NCBI GenBank assembly: GCA_964106645.2
Contig: OZ067038.1
Source: Podarcis pityusensis
Lineage: Eukaryota
Reading direction: 5' to 3' (one strand)
Length of the DNA stretch: 64,000 bases
Part shown: piece after piece, positions 1 through 13,035 of the stretch
Layout: the number at the start of each line of letters is the position of its first letter
Numbering within the stretch: the stretch's first letter is position 1
Notes under the pieces: generated by a model
Databases searched by the model: none
Seen by the model: only the letters and a program-made list of their open reading frames with translations
What the model was told of the DNA's origin: nothing
Made by a program: the position numbers and the translations under genes

Positions 1-212
1 GGCGAACCAGAGCAATGCATGGAAATGCCGTTTACCTTCCTGCTGGAGCAGTACCTATTTATCTACTTGCACTTTGACGTCCTTTCGAACTGCTAGGTTG
101 GCAGGAGCAGCGACCGAGCAACGGGAGCTCACCCCGTTCGCAGGGATTAGAACCGCCAACCTTCTGATCGGCAAGCCCAAGGCTCAGTGGTTTTATCCAC
201 AGCGCCACCCGT
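1..212 (-). mobile_element. Sauria SINE (partial, cut by the window edge)
   Basis: Characteristic 'gtttaccttcc...acctatttatctacttgcac...ttcgaactgctaggttggcagga' core; clear similarity to the copy at 6447-6822. Confidence 0.9.
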
Positions 213-484
213 GTCCTAGCCGAAGGGGTACACAACCTCATTTAAAGTGTTCTTATCTGTGATGGAGGGAACTGCAAAGGTCATCTTATTTAGCAGGAAA
301 TCCACTGCTGCAGCACACCCAACAGGAGATTTTAAGCAGAGGCTGCTGCATGCTCACTTAGAAATGAGAGACCACCACTGCAATCTTCAGAGATAAGTCT
401 TCTCCAATGTCAACACAGCCAGTGCAGTTAGGAACATTCTTACTAATGTTTAATCTAAATAATTTCCTGTTTTAATGTGAATCT

Positions 485-730
485 GTTGGTTTAGATCCTA
501 CCCTCTGGAGCAACAGAAAACAGGTTTGGCCCATTTATGTAATAGCCCTTCAAATATTGGAAGAAAACTGTCATGTTGCCTTTTAAATATGGTAATCTCT
601 TCTCCAGGCTAAACAGCTCCAGCTCTTCACATCCTTGTTCTCTATCCCCAAACCATCTGTGTTGTCATCCTCTAAATATATTCCAGTTTGCGGATCATCT
701 CTATGCATTTGCAATCATTGGCTGGAAATA
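485..730 (-). mobile_element. Degenerate CR1 LINE fragment
   Basis: 'cttctccaggctaaacagctccagctc' and 'cttcaaatattggaag' resemble antisense CR1 ORF2 sequence. Confidence 0.55.
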
Positions 731-3153
731 TGAAAGGTGGCTAAATTTGCTTTCAAGGAACAGCTGTATAGAACACTTCTTTCCCTCCTGTCTTCATAAG
801 GCTATGGCCTGGGCCATATTGGGAATTAACACTGCAAACTGATTCTGCATGAAGTTCAGTCACCAGGGATAATTTTGTGATGTTCCACCAAGAGTGCTCA
901 ACTGCCCTTTCATTTCCCTCAAAGATTGTTCTTTCAAGGGTGTGGGCCAGTACATTTTTGGCTAACAAATTGTCAATAACTCTCCTATTTTTAGAACTTG
1001 CTTTTGCATCCAAAATATTTGCCCCTTAATTTACCAACCTCTTTCCCATCAGTTCATTACTAAAGAAAATGGTTCTTTTAATAAATTCTTACAAGTGGTG
1101 CTAATACTTAAAAATAAGATCTCAAATTAATCACATCACTAAATAGTTTATTAATGATGCAAAGCCACATGGGCTATTAAAGCTAAGAGGTTTGTCATTA
1201 GCTGATGTAACTACAGTTTGTGCAGACTGTTTTTATATTTAATTATTCCTTTAACTATTTAAGGCAATGATATGACTAGCCATTGAAGATGGAACGTTTG
1301 CTATATATAGGCACCAGGTCTGGTAATCATGAAGAGTGCTATAGGGTAAACTCCTGTAGCTAATAATTAAAAGTTACTCAGAATGGGCAAATACTCCAGT
1401 ATAATAATCATAAATCCCATTATTATCTGCATCTACTACCATTTTGCAATGGGCTATACAAAAATAATTTTCAAAGCTGTTTTTGGAGACATATTTTCCA
1501 AAAGCTAGCTATGTTACACTGGGGAGAACACTGGAGCCCTATCACAGAGAAGAAGCAAGAAAAAACTATTGGACTGTGAGGTAAGCTATTACTCATCAGA
1601 TGCCTTTTTAGTTGTTGTTCCTGGATAAATTAGAATCGGTTTTATACATGTGGAGTTTCCAGAAATTCGGAAGTATTATCCAGAACTGAGTTTGACCCAA
1701 CCTTTCCTGGTTATTTTTGCTAAAGTATAAAATAGGATTTATTTCTGGGTGTCAAGTGTATATAAAGAAATAAAACATGCTTCTAAGGAACTAGAAAACA
1801 GTATTATCCCCACAAGGGAACTTTTCCATTTATAATACGCCACTAGATGATTTTGGAGTGTGTCAGCAACTGAGCTGCAAAACTGAGCATAGCTTTGTCA
1901 TTGAACAAGGGAAAGCCATTAATATGGCGGCTGCTCTGTGTCTTTTCGTAAGAAATGAGCCACCTATTGGGGCCTTTAATAGATTTCGGGGTTTTCCCCC
2001 ATCTCACACTTTCTTGGTTGTCCTTTGTTTTTAATTCTCTAGGACATAGTGTGTTTACTTTAATGAGATGCAGGGCCTGTGATCCAGCAGGAAGAGTGCT
2101 TAATCTTAAACTCGACAATGTTCTAATGGGTAAAGGAATGCAGAGAAGCATGACAGATCGTTTCATACAATTGCTGCAGCCGCCTGATTCAGATCCTTTA
2201 AAAAGAGAGGGTTATCCTTATTCCCAGATGATGTCAAAGTGGTATGATTATATAAGAATGCTTACTGATGGAGACTGCATGGTGGGGGGGGGGCATACTG
2301 AAGAATGCAAGGCTACCTGGGCAATGCTAAAATGTGGGGAGGGGGGGAATCCCACAGCTGAAGAACATCCTAATCGTTGCTGCCTCACTCTGGCTAGCAT
2401 GGAAGGTGGTGGAATTTTCTTGTTTGCTCTGTCCACCACCCTGTTGCTAATGTTCCCTTTGATATTAACATAATGGATAGAAAATCACTACACTCTTTCC
2501 AGGACTGGTGTAGGATTCTGCCCCCCTTTTCAGAATTGTATCATGGGAACAAGGGTTTGGGATCCTGCAGATCGAAGGTGTTTGCCACATCCACCCTTTC
2601 TTAAAACTGTGAAAAACTGCTGATGGTACAGTTACACCTGCTGAGCCTTCTGGGGTCTCCTTAAGAGTGCAAGTGCTGCCTCCACCCGTAGAGTAATACT
2701 TTCACCATCTCACAATACGTATTCCTTAGGCAGACTTTGACCTGCTTTAGAAGTGCAGCCTCTAGTATCATTCATAAACAAGGGACACTTGAAATACATA
2801 GGGCCTACAGATGCTACCAAATGAGAAAATTGGGATCAAGTGTGAGAAGTCATGTCATCTCGGCCTACTTTCCTTGCTACAGGAGGTATCGAGCAAAACA
2901 GGGAAGCAGAAAAGGAAGTTGATAAACTCCCATGGGCCTGTCAGTGTCTTGGACTAGGTCAAAGCCCAGCAAAAGCAATAGTCACCAAACATTGTCCTTC
3001 GCTCACATGTGAGTACTGCAAGGCTGCCTCTGCAAATAGGCAGTGATCAGCTGCTTCAGGCAGCAAACCCTACTTTGTGCGTGCTGCTGCTTCCTGCCAT
3101 TCTTCCTGAGCACCCTAGTTTGCATTGCACCACTTGAGCTGACATGCTGATGT

Positions 3154-3296
3154 CACAGAATCATAGAACTGTAGAGTTGGAAGGGACCACAAGGGTCTAG
3201 TCCAACCCCTTGCAATGCAGGAATATTTTTAGCCAACCTGGTGCTCAAACCCACAGCCCTGAGATTAAGAGTCTCATGCGCTACCAATTGAGCTAT
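3154..3296 (-). mobile_element. tRNA-Lys(CTT)-headed SINE with CR1-type 3' tail
   Basis: Minus-strand head TAGCTCAATTGGTAGCGCATGAGACTCTTAATCTCAGGGCTGTGGGTTTGAGC; tail ...CCCTTCCAACTCTACAGTTCTATGATTCTGTG. Confidence 0.85.
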
Positions 3297-4462
3297 TGTC
3301 TTCTGTCAGTTTTGAAGCAAGAGGCAATTTCTACCCCAGTCTGCTTCTGTATGTGAAATAGAAGACAAATCAACTTGCCCTTCATCTTGGGCAACAAAGG
3401 GTTGTATCCAATGTAGTGCTAAGCTGAAATCACTTAGCAATATACTTTTTCTGATAGCAAAACATTTTGCGCCATCAGGACATTGTTGCACAAGAGAATG
3501 CATAGGCAAGTAGCTGCTAACTATGTTGCACAATAGATTGTGCAATCTGTTACACAATTCATTTCTGCTAGCAGAATTGTTGTGTTGGATTCCTTGGTTG
3601 TGCAACATTAAAGAACCTTTGCACTAGCAGAGAACATTGGATGCAGCCCAAAATGTCCTCAGCTGGTCCTAGGGAAAATAGCAATAAATTAAGTTCCAGA
3701 TTTGGGGACTTTATTCAAGATAATCTGCACCATGGGTTGGAAAACCTAATGGCATTCTGCCATGCTAAGATAAACTTGCCTAAGCAGCTGGGAAAAGTGA
3801 AGGCGATGCTGTTAAGGTTTTTACTAAACACTTCCAACCATCTCAGATAGATGCTGGTAACAGTGGCAGCACATGAAATGATCCATTATAGCAACTAAAT
3901 GCAAGTACCATAGAATGAGCTCAGTGCTGCTTTTGACTTTCCACTGCTGCTGTTCCTACTGTTGTTGGCAGTGGGTAACCAAAGCAAAACACACACAAAA
4001 AACCCAAGCCACTTAATGGGGCCCATACAAATTAAAGAGGAATAAAAATTACTCAACAAGTTAATTTGATTTTCCACTTGGGTACGACTCAAACTCCCAT
4101 GGAAATGTGTATAATGTAGTGGAATAAAGCTCTAGAGAACAAAATGGGGTTGGTGCACCCAGATAGTTGTCCAATATATCCAAAAATGGTTTCCATTGTG
4201 TTTTATAGTAGCTTCACCAATATTCAGACACTGACATTTGTTTTAAGATGCTTTACACTGATCATTTTTATGTGGTTGGTGCAACTCGGCATTAAGGATA
4301 CTGTTCTGCCAGCACAAGCATTTCTGCATGTCTGGTGGAATGATCTCCACTATTCTCTCATCCCTCCAGAGCAGATTTGAGAAGGGGCAGGAGGTGTGAA
4401 AGGGGGAAGTCCCATTGCACTGATATCCTCTAGCTCAACTATCTAGAAGAAATTGGCCAATT

Positions 4463-5401
4463 ATTGAAATATACATTTGTTAAAAAACCAGAAGCTTTTC
4501 TACTAGGTATTGTAGGTACGGACATTAATAGACAAGATAAAAAGTTAGTTCAAAGATTATCTACAGAAATGCTGTAAAATTAATGAATGTTAGAACGATG
4601 TAGGATAGAAATTAAGTGGTTTCCAGCTGTAATGCTTTAAGGGAATATGAAAAATGGGTTGTTAAGAGATAAAAATCTAAAGTTACTATTTTAAGACTAA
4701 AGATTAGGATAAATAAAGAGGGTAAGGATTTGCTGAACCAACAAACTGAACTGGAATACAAAAAAGGGAGGTATGAGGAGGTCCGGGAAACAAGCTAAGG
4801 AAAAAATAAGTAATAGAAAATCTGAGTGTTTTTAATCATTTTTATTTTGTTTTTGTTTTTTTCATTTTTTATTGTAATATTTTAAAAATCCTAATAAATA
4901 TCTTATAAAAAAAAAAGATAAAAAGTTATTTTTATAACAGCTGCGAGAATATTATTGGCACAGAAATGGAAACAAGAAGAATTGCTGACAAAGGAGGACT
5001 GGCAGATAAAACTGATGGACTACGCAGAATTGGATAAGGTGACAGGAAGGATTCGTAACCAGAGGGACCAGAAGTTCTTGAAAGAGAAAATATGCGAAAT
5101 ATTTGAAAGACAATTGTAGTAATTTGACTACGCTTGTAGGACTACAAGAAGTTGTGTAAGGAGAATAATATGAAATATTACAAAAAAGGATTTAGGAAAT
5201 AGCTTTTATTTAAGATTTGAACTGTTAAAGTAATATGGACAATAACAAAATGCAGAATTAAGACGTAAAGTTTGAAAATCATTGGTTGTGGTTAATGGAA
5301 GTAGTAGGCTAAAACATAGCCAAATGGACGTACAAATTGAGAAGACATGTTGTGTTTTTATCTTTTGTTTGTTTGTGTAAAAATCAATAAAAATATTAAA
5401 A
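4463..5401 (+). mobile_element. 5'-truncated L1 (ORF2 C-terminus + 3' UTR + A-rich tail), interrupted by a second retroelement
   Basis: Remnant ORF KKPEAFLLGIVG.../ITAARILLAQKWKQEE...WQIKLMDYAELDK; AATAAA near 5386; 16-bp TSD AAGAAATTGGCCAATT at 4447-4462 and 5402-5417. Confidence 0.85.
4548..4914 (+). mobile_element. L1-type 3' end nested in the L1 above
   Basis: T-rich 3' UTR, AATAAA 4893-4898, poly(A), and 14-bp TSD AAGATAAAAAGTTA at 4534-4547 and 4915-4928. Confidence 0.8.
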
Positions 5402-6446
5402 AAGAAATTGGCCAATTGTATTTTTTACTAAGGATTACACCTATAGTAAACTCACAACATGGCTACTAAATTGTAAAGGTGTTCAAAACCTGAAGAGCTG
5501 GCAACCAGGAGAGGGGGTAGAAAGAAAGGTTAAGTCTACTGGTTCTTGGGTTAACAATGATATTTCACTCTGCATTTAAATGGATTTTCCCCTGTTGCTG
5601 CCCCAGGAAGACTGGCAATTTGGAAGCACACTCACTCTGAAATGCCAAACCAAATTTCTTAACTTCTTCTCCATCCCGGCTTTCTGATGTTCTGTGGCAG
5701 TGATTCTCTTTAGGAGAGGGGGTGGACAGACTCACATGCTAGATACATGGACCGTAAGATATGATCATGTGGGGCAGGCCAATTATGGGTCTCTCCTAGC
5801 ATCTGGGAATAATGGGGGGAAGGCTAATGTTGCATCATGGTTATTGAACTTAACAAAGTTCAGTTGTATATACAATTGAGCTTTTATTGAACCTCTCGAT
5901 GAAGTGTGCAATGAACTAGTAATGAGCAACTTAGGTGGGGGAGGATCTCTTAATAGCATTGACCTTTGTCACATTACTGGATAGCCTTAACCCACTGTCC
6001 ATTCAGCTGGAAAATTGGATTGGGGGAGTGCATGTGGTGGAACTTCTCTGCTATTCAGGAACTGTAGTAAAGCTATGCTTTCCCCATGTGAGTGAATTGA
6101 TTCCTGCATTGGAAACAGAAACATAAGGCAACTACTAGTGGTGGTTCACTCCTTTTGTCTGTAAGCCACCTAACCAAAATTTTAAAAGAGAGATTTTCTA
6201 AGGTATTCATAGCTCCTAATTTTTCTGAAACAACTGTAAAACCTCAGATTCATTACATTTTAAGATGAGCTTTCTTTAAGCAGCAGTGAGGAACTGATCT
6301 GGAGCAACCAATGCCCCCTTCCCCAGTGAAACAAGTGGTGGGTTAAGCATCCACCATCCCTATTCCCTTGCTCCCCACCATACCTTATGATGCTGCTTTT
6401 CAAACATAAATCAGTGTTTTTCATTCAAACCAGTTAAGCACCTTTA

Positions 6447-6822
6447 AAAAGGTAAAGGACCCCTGACAGTTAAGTCCAGTCGCAAACGACTCTGCGATTG
6501 CTGTGCTCAACTCGCTTTACTGGCCAAGGGAGCCAACGTTTGTCCACAGACAGTTTTTCCAGGTCATGTGGCGAGCATGACTAAGCCGCTTCTGGCACAA
6601 CGGAACACCGAAACCAGAGCAGCGCATGGAAACAGCGTTTACCTTCCTGCCGGAGTGGTACCTATTTATCCACTTGCACTTTTTTGGTGTGCTTTCGAAC
6701 TGCTAGGTTGGCAGGAGCAGGGACCGAGCAATGGGAGCTCACCCCATCGCGGGGATTTGAACCGCTGACCTTCTGATTAGCAAGCCCTAGGCTCAGCGGT
6801 TCAGACCACAGCGCAACCCGCC
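6447..6822 (-). mobile_element. Sauria SINE, near full length
   Basis: AAAGGTAAAGG (= ACCTTT tail on the minus strand), BovB-like 3' part, and tRNA-like head ending about 6822. Confidence 0.92.
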
Positions 6823-7168
6823 ATCAATATATAATGTGGGATATGTACAAAAAGGAATAAATATATAACCTTTAAGAGTATTTCATAATCAATTATCAAA
6901 TTGAAATCAAAGGTGATGGAATTGATTATTTCATCAGTAGACTATTAAAATATGGTGTTGTTTTTCTCAGTGTTCTTCAGTGATGCTCCTGCTAGGCAAA
7001 AATTCTTAGACAGCACAATTCTTACAGCACAATTCTAACCATTTCTAACCATGTGGAGTTCAGTAGGACTTAATTCCACATAAGTGGGGTTGGGATTGTA
7101 GCCTTGATCATATAAATCAGATGCTTACTTAGAAAATCCAAATCTGCTGGTTGGAACCACCTTATTCC

Positions 7169-7551
7169 CAGTGGCATAGTGTGGGTTGTATCCTTGGCAC
7201 TGTCCACCGATAGGCTAGAACGAAGGGGCAATAGCTCAGCAACCTAACTGAGTGGCAACTGCAGTGCTCCATGAGCGGCGAGTACAGCAGAGAGTGGGAT
7301 GGGGGATTGGTCAGGAGTGGGTATCTTTCTAAAGCCCTGCAGAGGGTGCCCTAGCAAACAAGCCATCTCCCAAATCCATTCCGCAGTCCACCCAGGCAAA
7401 TATTGGGAGATTTTCTATGTGAGTGGGAGACTGTGCTATTTTTAAAATTTATTATTACTACTTTACTCGTTTTTCTTTTGAAATTTTGCACCCCTAAGAA
7501 TTTTGCCTCCAGGGCAACTGGCCCTGGGGCCCCGCCCAAACTACACCAATG
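7169..7551. mobile_element. hAT-type non-autonomous DNA transposon
   Basis: Imperfect TIRs CAGTGGCATAGT / ACTACACCAATG; 8-bp TSD CTTATTCC / CTTCTTCC (7 of 8 match). Confidence 0.65.
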
Positions 7552-8994
7552 CTTCTTCCTGTTCCCCCATATTTTAAACCCCAGGTTTTATGCTGGCGTT
7601 CATATGGCCCTGTTGTTACGTTCCATTGTTTAGAAATGTGTTCCATTATTATACCACAACGTCAGTTTTCCAGGGTAAGCAGAGACATAAGGCTAATTTA
7701 CCTTCTTTCCTGCTTCTGAATCAAACTGCTAGCACTTTTCTCCCTGCTATCGCTATTTGATAAAGGTTGCCCTGATCAGCTCTTGAAGTTCAAATTTTAA
7801 AAGCCTTGGTGTGGCAGGCTGTTTTCTTTCAGCATTTCAAACCACTAAAATGTGATACAATTCAGCAGTTAATATTAAACCTGCCTGAGAGAAGGTTGTT
7901 TTAGAAGTCTCTCTGAGCAGATCCAGTGCTTTGGGAAGGGCAGAGGACAGTATCCCTTGCACCTGGCTGCCCAAACATCAATCCTGCTATTGCTGCTGAA
8001 ATGATTCCCTGCTACTGCCCGATTGTGCAGGCATGAATCAATGGACAGACAAGAAGATAGTCTTGCCAGACAGACTGTATCTAGGATTGGTAGCAGATAC
8101 ACAGGACTGTCTCAGGTAAATCCAGATGTGTGGAGAGCGAGCATGCTCATGAAATAATCTTGTTGGCTTTTTTTATATTTAAGGGCATTAAAGCAAGCAT
8201 CTAGATAACCGAAAAGGATATGTGCTATTGTAGCCAATGATCTCTTAATCAATTTCACCATCATTGCAATCCTGTGAACCATCTGCCCCTTGGGAATCTG
8301 CCAGCATATTAAGCATTATGTCAGACTGACTTATCTGGATGGCCAAGCAGTGGAAGAGCAGAATGAGAGAACCAAGATAAGAGGCCTTAACAGCCTATGT
8401 ATTGTAAATGCAATGGAGGAGAAATATTCTGTTTTCTTTCACTTGGCCTGTGCTGTGCTGTTTGCATCTCTAGTGGGGAGAATAACTGAAGAGCATGTGT
8501 CCAGATTTTTTCCTGCATTTTCTCTACCATTGCAAGCAGCTTCCATATTTTAAGAAGGTTCCCCCCGCTTATGGTTTACACTTCCGCTTTTGTACTAAGA
8601 TGCATGGAAATTAATTTAGCCAAGGACATGGGAGTGCAAGTCCAGGTATATTTCACTAGATAGCCTTCATCAAGAGATACCTAAATGTCAGAACATACAC
8701 ACAGAAATATATAATTAACATTCTGATTAATTAACATTTTTTGTTTTAACCATAGTATGTTATTTGATCATGTTACTTGAATGTTGGGCTACTGAGGTAT
8801 CTGCACAATAGATACTGAAAGAAGTTGGTTTAAATATTTATAATTCTGATATACTTCCTTTCAAAATATTGTAGTTTTTGAAATGTTGTATGATATTTTC
8901 CAGGCTTAACTATATTTTGTCTGCACTTACCCTCCTTATGCTATATTTCTGTATGTATATTCTTCATTTTATATCTCCCATGATAAAGGACATC

Positions 8995-9109
8995 TTTTAT
9001 ATTATGCCTTTTCCCCTGATGGGACTCAAGGCGGCTTACAGATAAAAACAAGAATCAATAAAAACATAGAAAAACAACAACATAAAAAAACTATTAAACA
9101 TTGATAGAA

Positions 9110-9153
<44 letters not shown>

Positions 9154-9410
9154 TGTGTGTGTGTGTGAAATATCTATTTAAAACATACAGATAATTACAA
9201 TAAAAACAGCCTGGGACCAGCCCCTCCATTAAAAGCAGCTCCCAAAAGCCTGGTTGCAACAAGAGTGTCTTTGTCTGCTGGTGGAAGCACAGGAAGGAGG
9301 CAGCCAGTGTAGCTTCTCTAGGGAGGAAATTCCAGAGTCTGGGAGCAGCCACCAAGAAGGCCCTCTCCCACATCCCCACCAAGCATGCCTGTGAGAGTGG
9401 TGGGACCAAG
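8995..9410 (-). mobile_element. L2 LINE 3' fragment containing a (TC)n(GT)n microsatellite
   Basis: Minus-strand translation ERAFLVAAPRLWNFLP is the L2/CR1-clade ORF2 C-terminal motif; L2-type tail TGTAAGCCGCCTTGAG on the minus strand. Confidence 0.8.
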
Positions 9411-9558
9411 AAAAGGTCCTATTTTAACTTGAAAAACATTGCAGTTCAATCAATTACCTCCAAGATTTTGCATTTATTGCTTAACTCTTTGGGCCCATTG
9501 TTGATTGGGTGCTGCCCTCTTACTGTGGTTTTTCACATATGTGAGAAGCAACTATTAA

Positions 9559-9653
9559 GGTGGCAGTCCTGTTCCCACTTACCTGGGTATATATAAGCCC
9601 CATTCAACTCAATGGGACTTAACTTCTCAGTAGACATGCTTAGGATTGCACAG
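9559..9653. repeat. Member of an abundant ~90-bp quasi-palindromic repeat family (ACTCAGAAGTAAGTCCCA..TTCAATGGGACTTACT..TAGGATTGCA)
   Basis: Recurs in degenerate form at about 7005, 21190, 21260, 23740, 25495, 34740, 35838, 40820, 41420, 42930, 53145, 60598 and 61135. Confidence 0.7.
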
Positions 9654-10024
9654 AAACTAACCAGACCCACCAAGAAGTGGCTTCTCTGAATTCATCCCAT
9701 GCTCTTTCTTCATCTAAATGCCGCTGTCCTCCTCACTCTTACTTGAAAAATGCTCCATTGTGGAGATATTCCAGAATTATACCTTTAATGTCCTGCTGCT
9801 GTCTGAGAAATATGCTAGTGAAGTGGATGGCAGTTGCAGGATCCGTATTCAGTTGCTTTAACTTCAGAATAATGGGTCCTTTGTCCTTTGTGTTCGCTTT
9901 TTCAAAAATTGCACTTGCACAATGGAGGAAAAAATCCTGCCCAAAATAAATTTGACAGTAGCCAAAAAGCTCAGCACTACAAATTATTAGCCATTGTTGA
10001 GAAATCAAACTCCTTTCTGTTGGA

Positions 10025-10028
<4 letters not shown>

Positions 10029-10068
<40 letters not shown>
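10029..10068. repeat. (GT)n microsatellite
   Basis: Seen directly. Confidence 0.95.
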
Positions 10069-10071
<3 letters not shown>

Positions 10072-10494
10072 CTACTGAATTTCAGTCTTAAGGACTTATT
10101 TCTTTCACGTTCCACATATTGAGGAATGAAACCTGTCAGTGTAAAATAGGTCAGCACTTGTTCTGCTGCAAGATAAACCACACTTCAAAGTGAACCAAGC
10201 AAACCATTTTCCTCAGGAGGACCAGGCTGAACTTATTGGTACTTGGAGATAGCTTTGTTCTCAGTAAATTTCTGGGGCAGAGATTATTGCTTGTCAAGGC
10301 GAATCTGGATTTTAGTGGTCATATAGCTGGTCAAGAAAACTGCAGGTGAGGCTTGTTTCCAACAGTTCACCTTGTTTTACAGCAGCGGTGAGCAATCTTT
10401 GGCCCACCAACTGTCGTTGGACTCCATGTCCCATCAGTCCCAGTCAGCACGGCCAATGGTCAGGGATGTTGTGAGTTGCAGTCCAGTAACACCT

Positions 10495-10760
10495 AAGGGA
10501 GAGTTACAGCGCCTGCTGTGGCTGTAGAGACCAATATAGGAGAGACATGTTTTGTTGCGGCTGTGGCGGATGAAGGCTTCTGGTTGTGCTGTTGTAGGTG
10601 TGTCACAGCATTTATTCTTTCTGCGCTTCTCCCGGCAGTCATTCCTCCTCTAGTCGCTGCTGTGGATGCACAGCTGAACTGATTGCCTCCAGCCTCTGCA
10701 GCCATCTTCAAGGAATTCCCACACAGTGGGGTTGATGTTGCCAGCCTTCATGTCACGTAG
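10495..10760 (-). mobile_element. RTE-clade LINE 3' fragment
   Basis: Minus-strand translation NKTCLSYIGLYSHSRRC resembles the C-terminal Zn-finger-like motif of RTE LINEs. Confidence 0.65.
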
Positions 10761-13035
10761 CTTTCATGTAGGGTAAAAAACAACAACCTTGTATTCTACT
10801 GCCCCGCAGTTCAGTGCACCAGTACACCATTATTACTGTTTATTTGTTTATTTAGATAAACCCTTATTCTGAGCTTTTACTTGAACTTAGATTCTGTTTC
10901 AGCCTTGAGGGGAGAGGTGGAATAAGGGTTCCGTTTAGTTTGACACCCTGACTGACATTTTTTGCTGAAACTACAGATGTCTATAGGGCGTGTATTCTAG
11001 AAATATGATATAGTGGCCAGCAGAAATCCTTGGTGGCATAGAGGGTACATGGTCAGGGGACAATAGATGTTAGCAGCGTGACTGCCTGGCCAGCGATGCA
11101 GAAACTTCCTCCAGATGCGTCTGTCCCTCTCACAACCGTGCACCTGATCCCCTTGAGCTCCCAACTTCCAATATTATTAAATGAAACTTCCCTGACAGAA
11201 GCCAAGTTCCCTATTCACAGTCTTCTTACTGTCTAGATTCATAGCTGTGTCAGAATTCAGAATGTGTATTTGAAGATTCCAGCAGCTGCTGTGTAAATAA
11301 ATTAAAGCCGCTGGAGACAAGAACACAAAGCTAGGTGCACATCCTGCTTCCATCGCTTGATGAGTTAACACAAGCTGCCGCAGAGAAGCCTAACCACACA
11401 AGCAATTAATGCTTTAAAGATTTACCAGACCCTTCATTATCTGGGAATAATTTCAACTGAAATGAGAGAGAACTTTTATCAGAGAGCTCTTATAAAGGTA
11501 ATGATTTCCCTGTCCAAGAGACTTGGCTCTTTATTAACTGAAAGGACCCACGCTAGGAAATTCTGTGCAGTTACGGAAGAAGGGGGCACTCATATTCAAG
11601 CCAGCCAGCCATATTTAAAACCGCGATAAGAACACCACCACCAGCAAATCAAAATTAATTTCAATCTAACCCACAGCTCACTGTGGTAGGCATGTGCTAT
11701 ATACTTTATATCACATATAATAAATTGCAGAAAGTCATTTTTAACAGGAAATTGGTAGGTCATAATAATCTGATGTAATTCAGGAAGAAAGATTAAATTA
11801 ATGGACTTTCATAAGCCAGCGTGCATTATTTCTTAATATGAGCATTACATTAAAAACAGGTTAATGATTTGTTTCCATATCTAAGAAAAGTTTAAAAATA
11901 TAGCTTTTCATTTTAAAAAAAGAGAAAGCAGAAAAAGTGCAAAGAAATGTGTCACCTTTAGCAAAGTCTGTTTTATCTCCCCATGCTTTGATGGCTTTGT
12001 TCTGCAGTAAAAGGAGCTACTGAAATCCAAGAAACAGCCTTGCATGACTGATTGCATGCTAGTCTTATTTCCCTTTTCATAATCCAAATGGTAAAACAAG
12101 CCAGTCATTTAAAAAATGCAAGAGGAGGAATGTTCATGCACCTCTGTTTGTTTATTATTTTAGTTATTCAATTTAATGTTCATCAGAAGTATATTTTGCT
12201 TAAGATATAATTGGCTGAGATTAGTCCTGAAAATGATCAGCCAGAATGAGAGAGAGAACGCAAGAGATGAGCTGTAACCTCAGCCATGCGATATTTCCTA
12301 ATTCCTGGGATGTGCAGTATTGAAATCATCTAATGGCCCAGCTGTATGACTGGCAGGTGCCATTGCTGGACCTTGTTCACAGCCGCCATCTGTGGTGCGG
12401 CAGCACCTGCCATTGGCGTGGCTGGTTCCATTGTCTGCCCTTCACTCCAGTCAAGCTTGTTAAGAGCCATGCAATGACACTTGTGTGGCATTGGTGAAAG
12501 ATGGCGCCATTGCATTCTGAAGGGCCATTAACAAAACTTTAGGAAAACCACGCACTTCGTATTTTCGGGGGGAAATTATGCTGCAGCTGAAGCTATGCGG
12601 TCAGTGTGGCATGCAGGGCAAAGTGATTCAACTAGCTAGCAACCTGTCTTACTTGAAAATGAAGTTACATGGTAGCAGGCACTGTTTGTGGGCTTTTCTA
12701 GCTGTTCTGGCTCCATTCACAGCAGAACCATGCAAGACCCTGGTGTGCTAAGAGCTGCAGTTCATTCTCTTGCTTGTGCTGAAAAGTTTGATTCTTTAGA
12801 ATAGGTGTGGGTGGCAATCTGTCATTGGACTTCAACTTCCATCAATCTTAGTGAGCATAGTTGTGGGAATGTTGAGGAAGGCAGGAGAGGATTTTTTGAT
12901 CCAATATTATTCCTCCTCACTCACGCTAGTGAGCAAGCAGCAGAGCACATTCCCTTGCAGATTGCTGGAAGCAAGTTGATGATTTGTTAGAATCCTTTAA
13001 ATTAAGCAATCCAGTCTGGCTTTTCCAATCTGGAT

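Noticed and set aside
1955-2473. 172-aa ORF, the longest outside SLC6A5
   Set aside because: No recognisable domain, no exon-like context, and a length attainable by chance in 64 kb.
3232-3296. Functional tRNA-Lys gene (and tRNA-Asn gene at 62064-62129)
   Set aside because: Acceptor stems are broken and both are fused to a CR1-type tail, so they are SINE heads.
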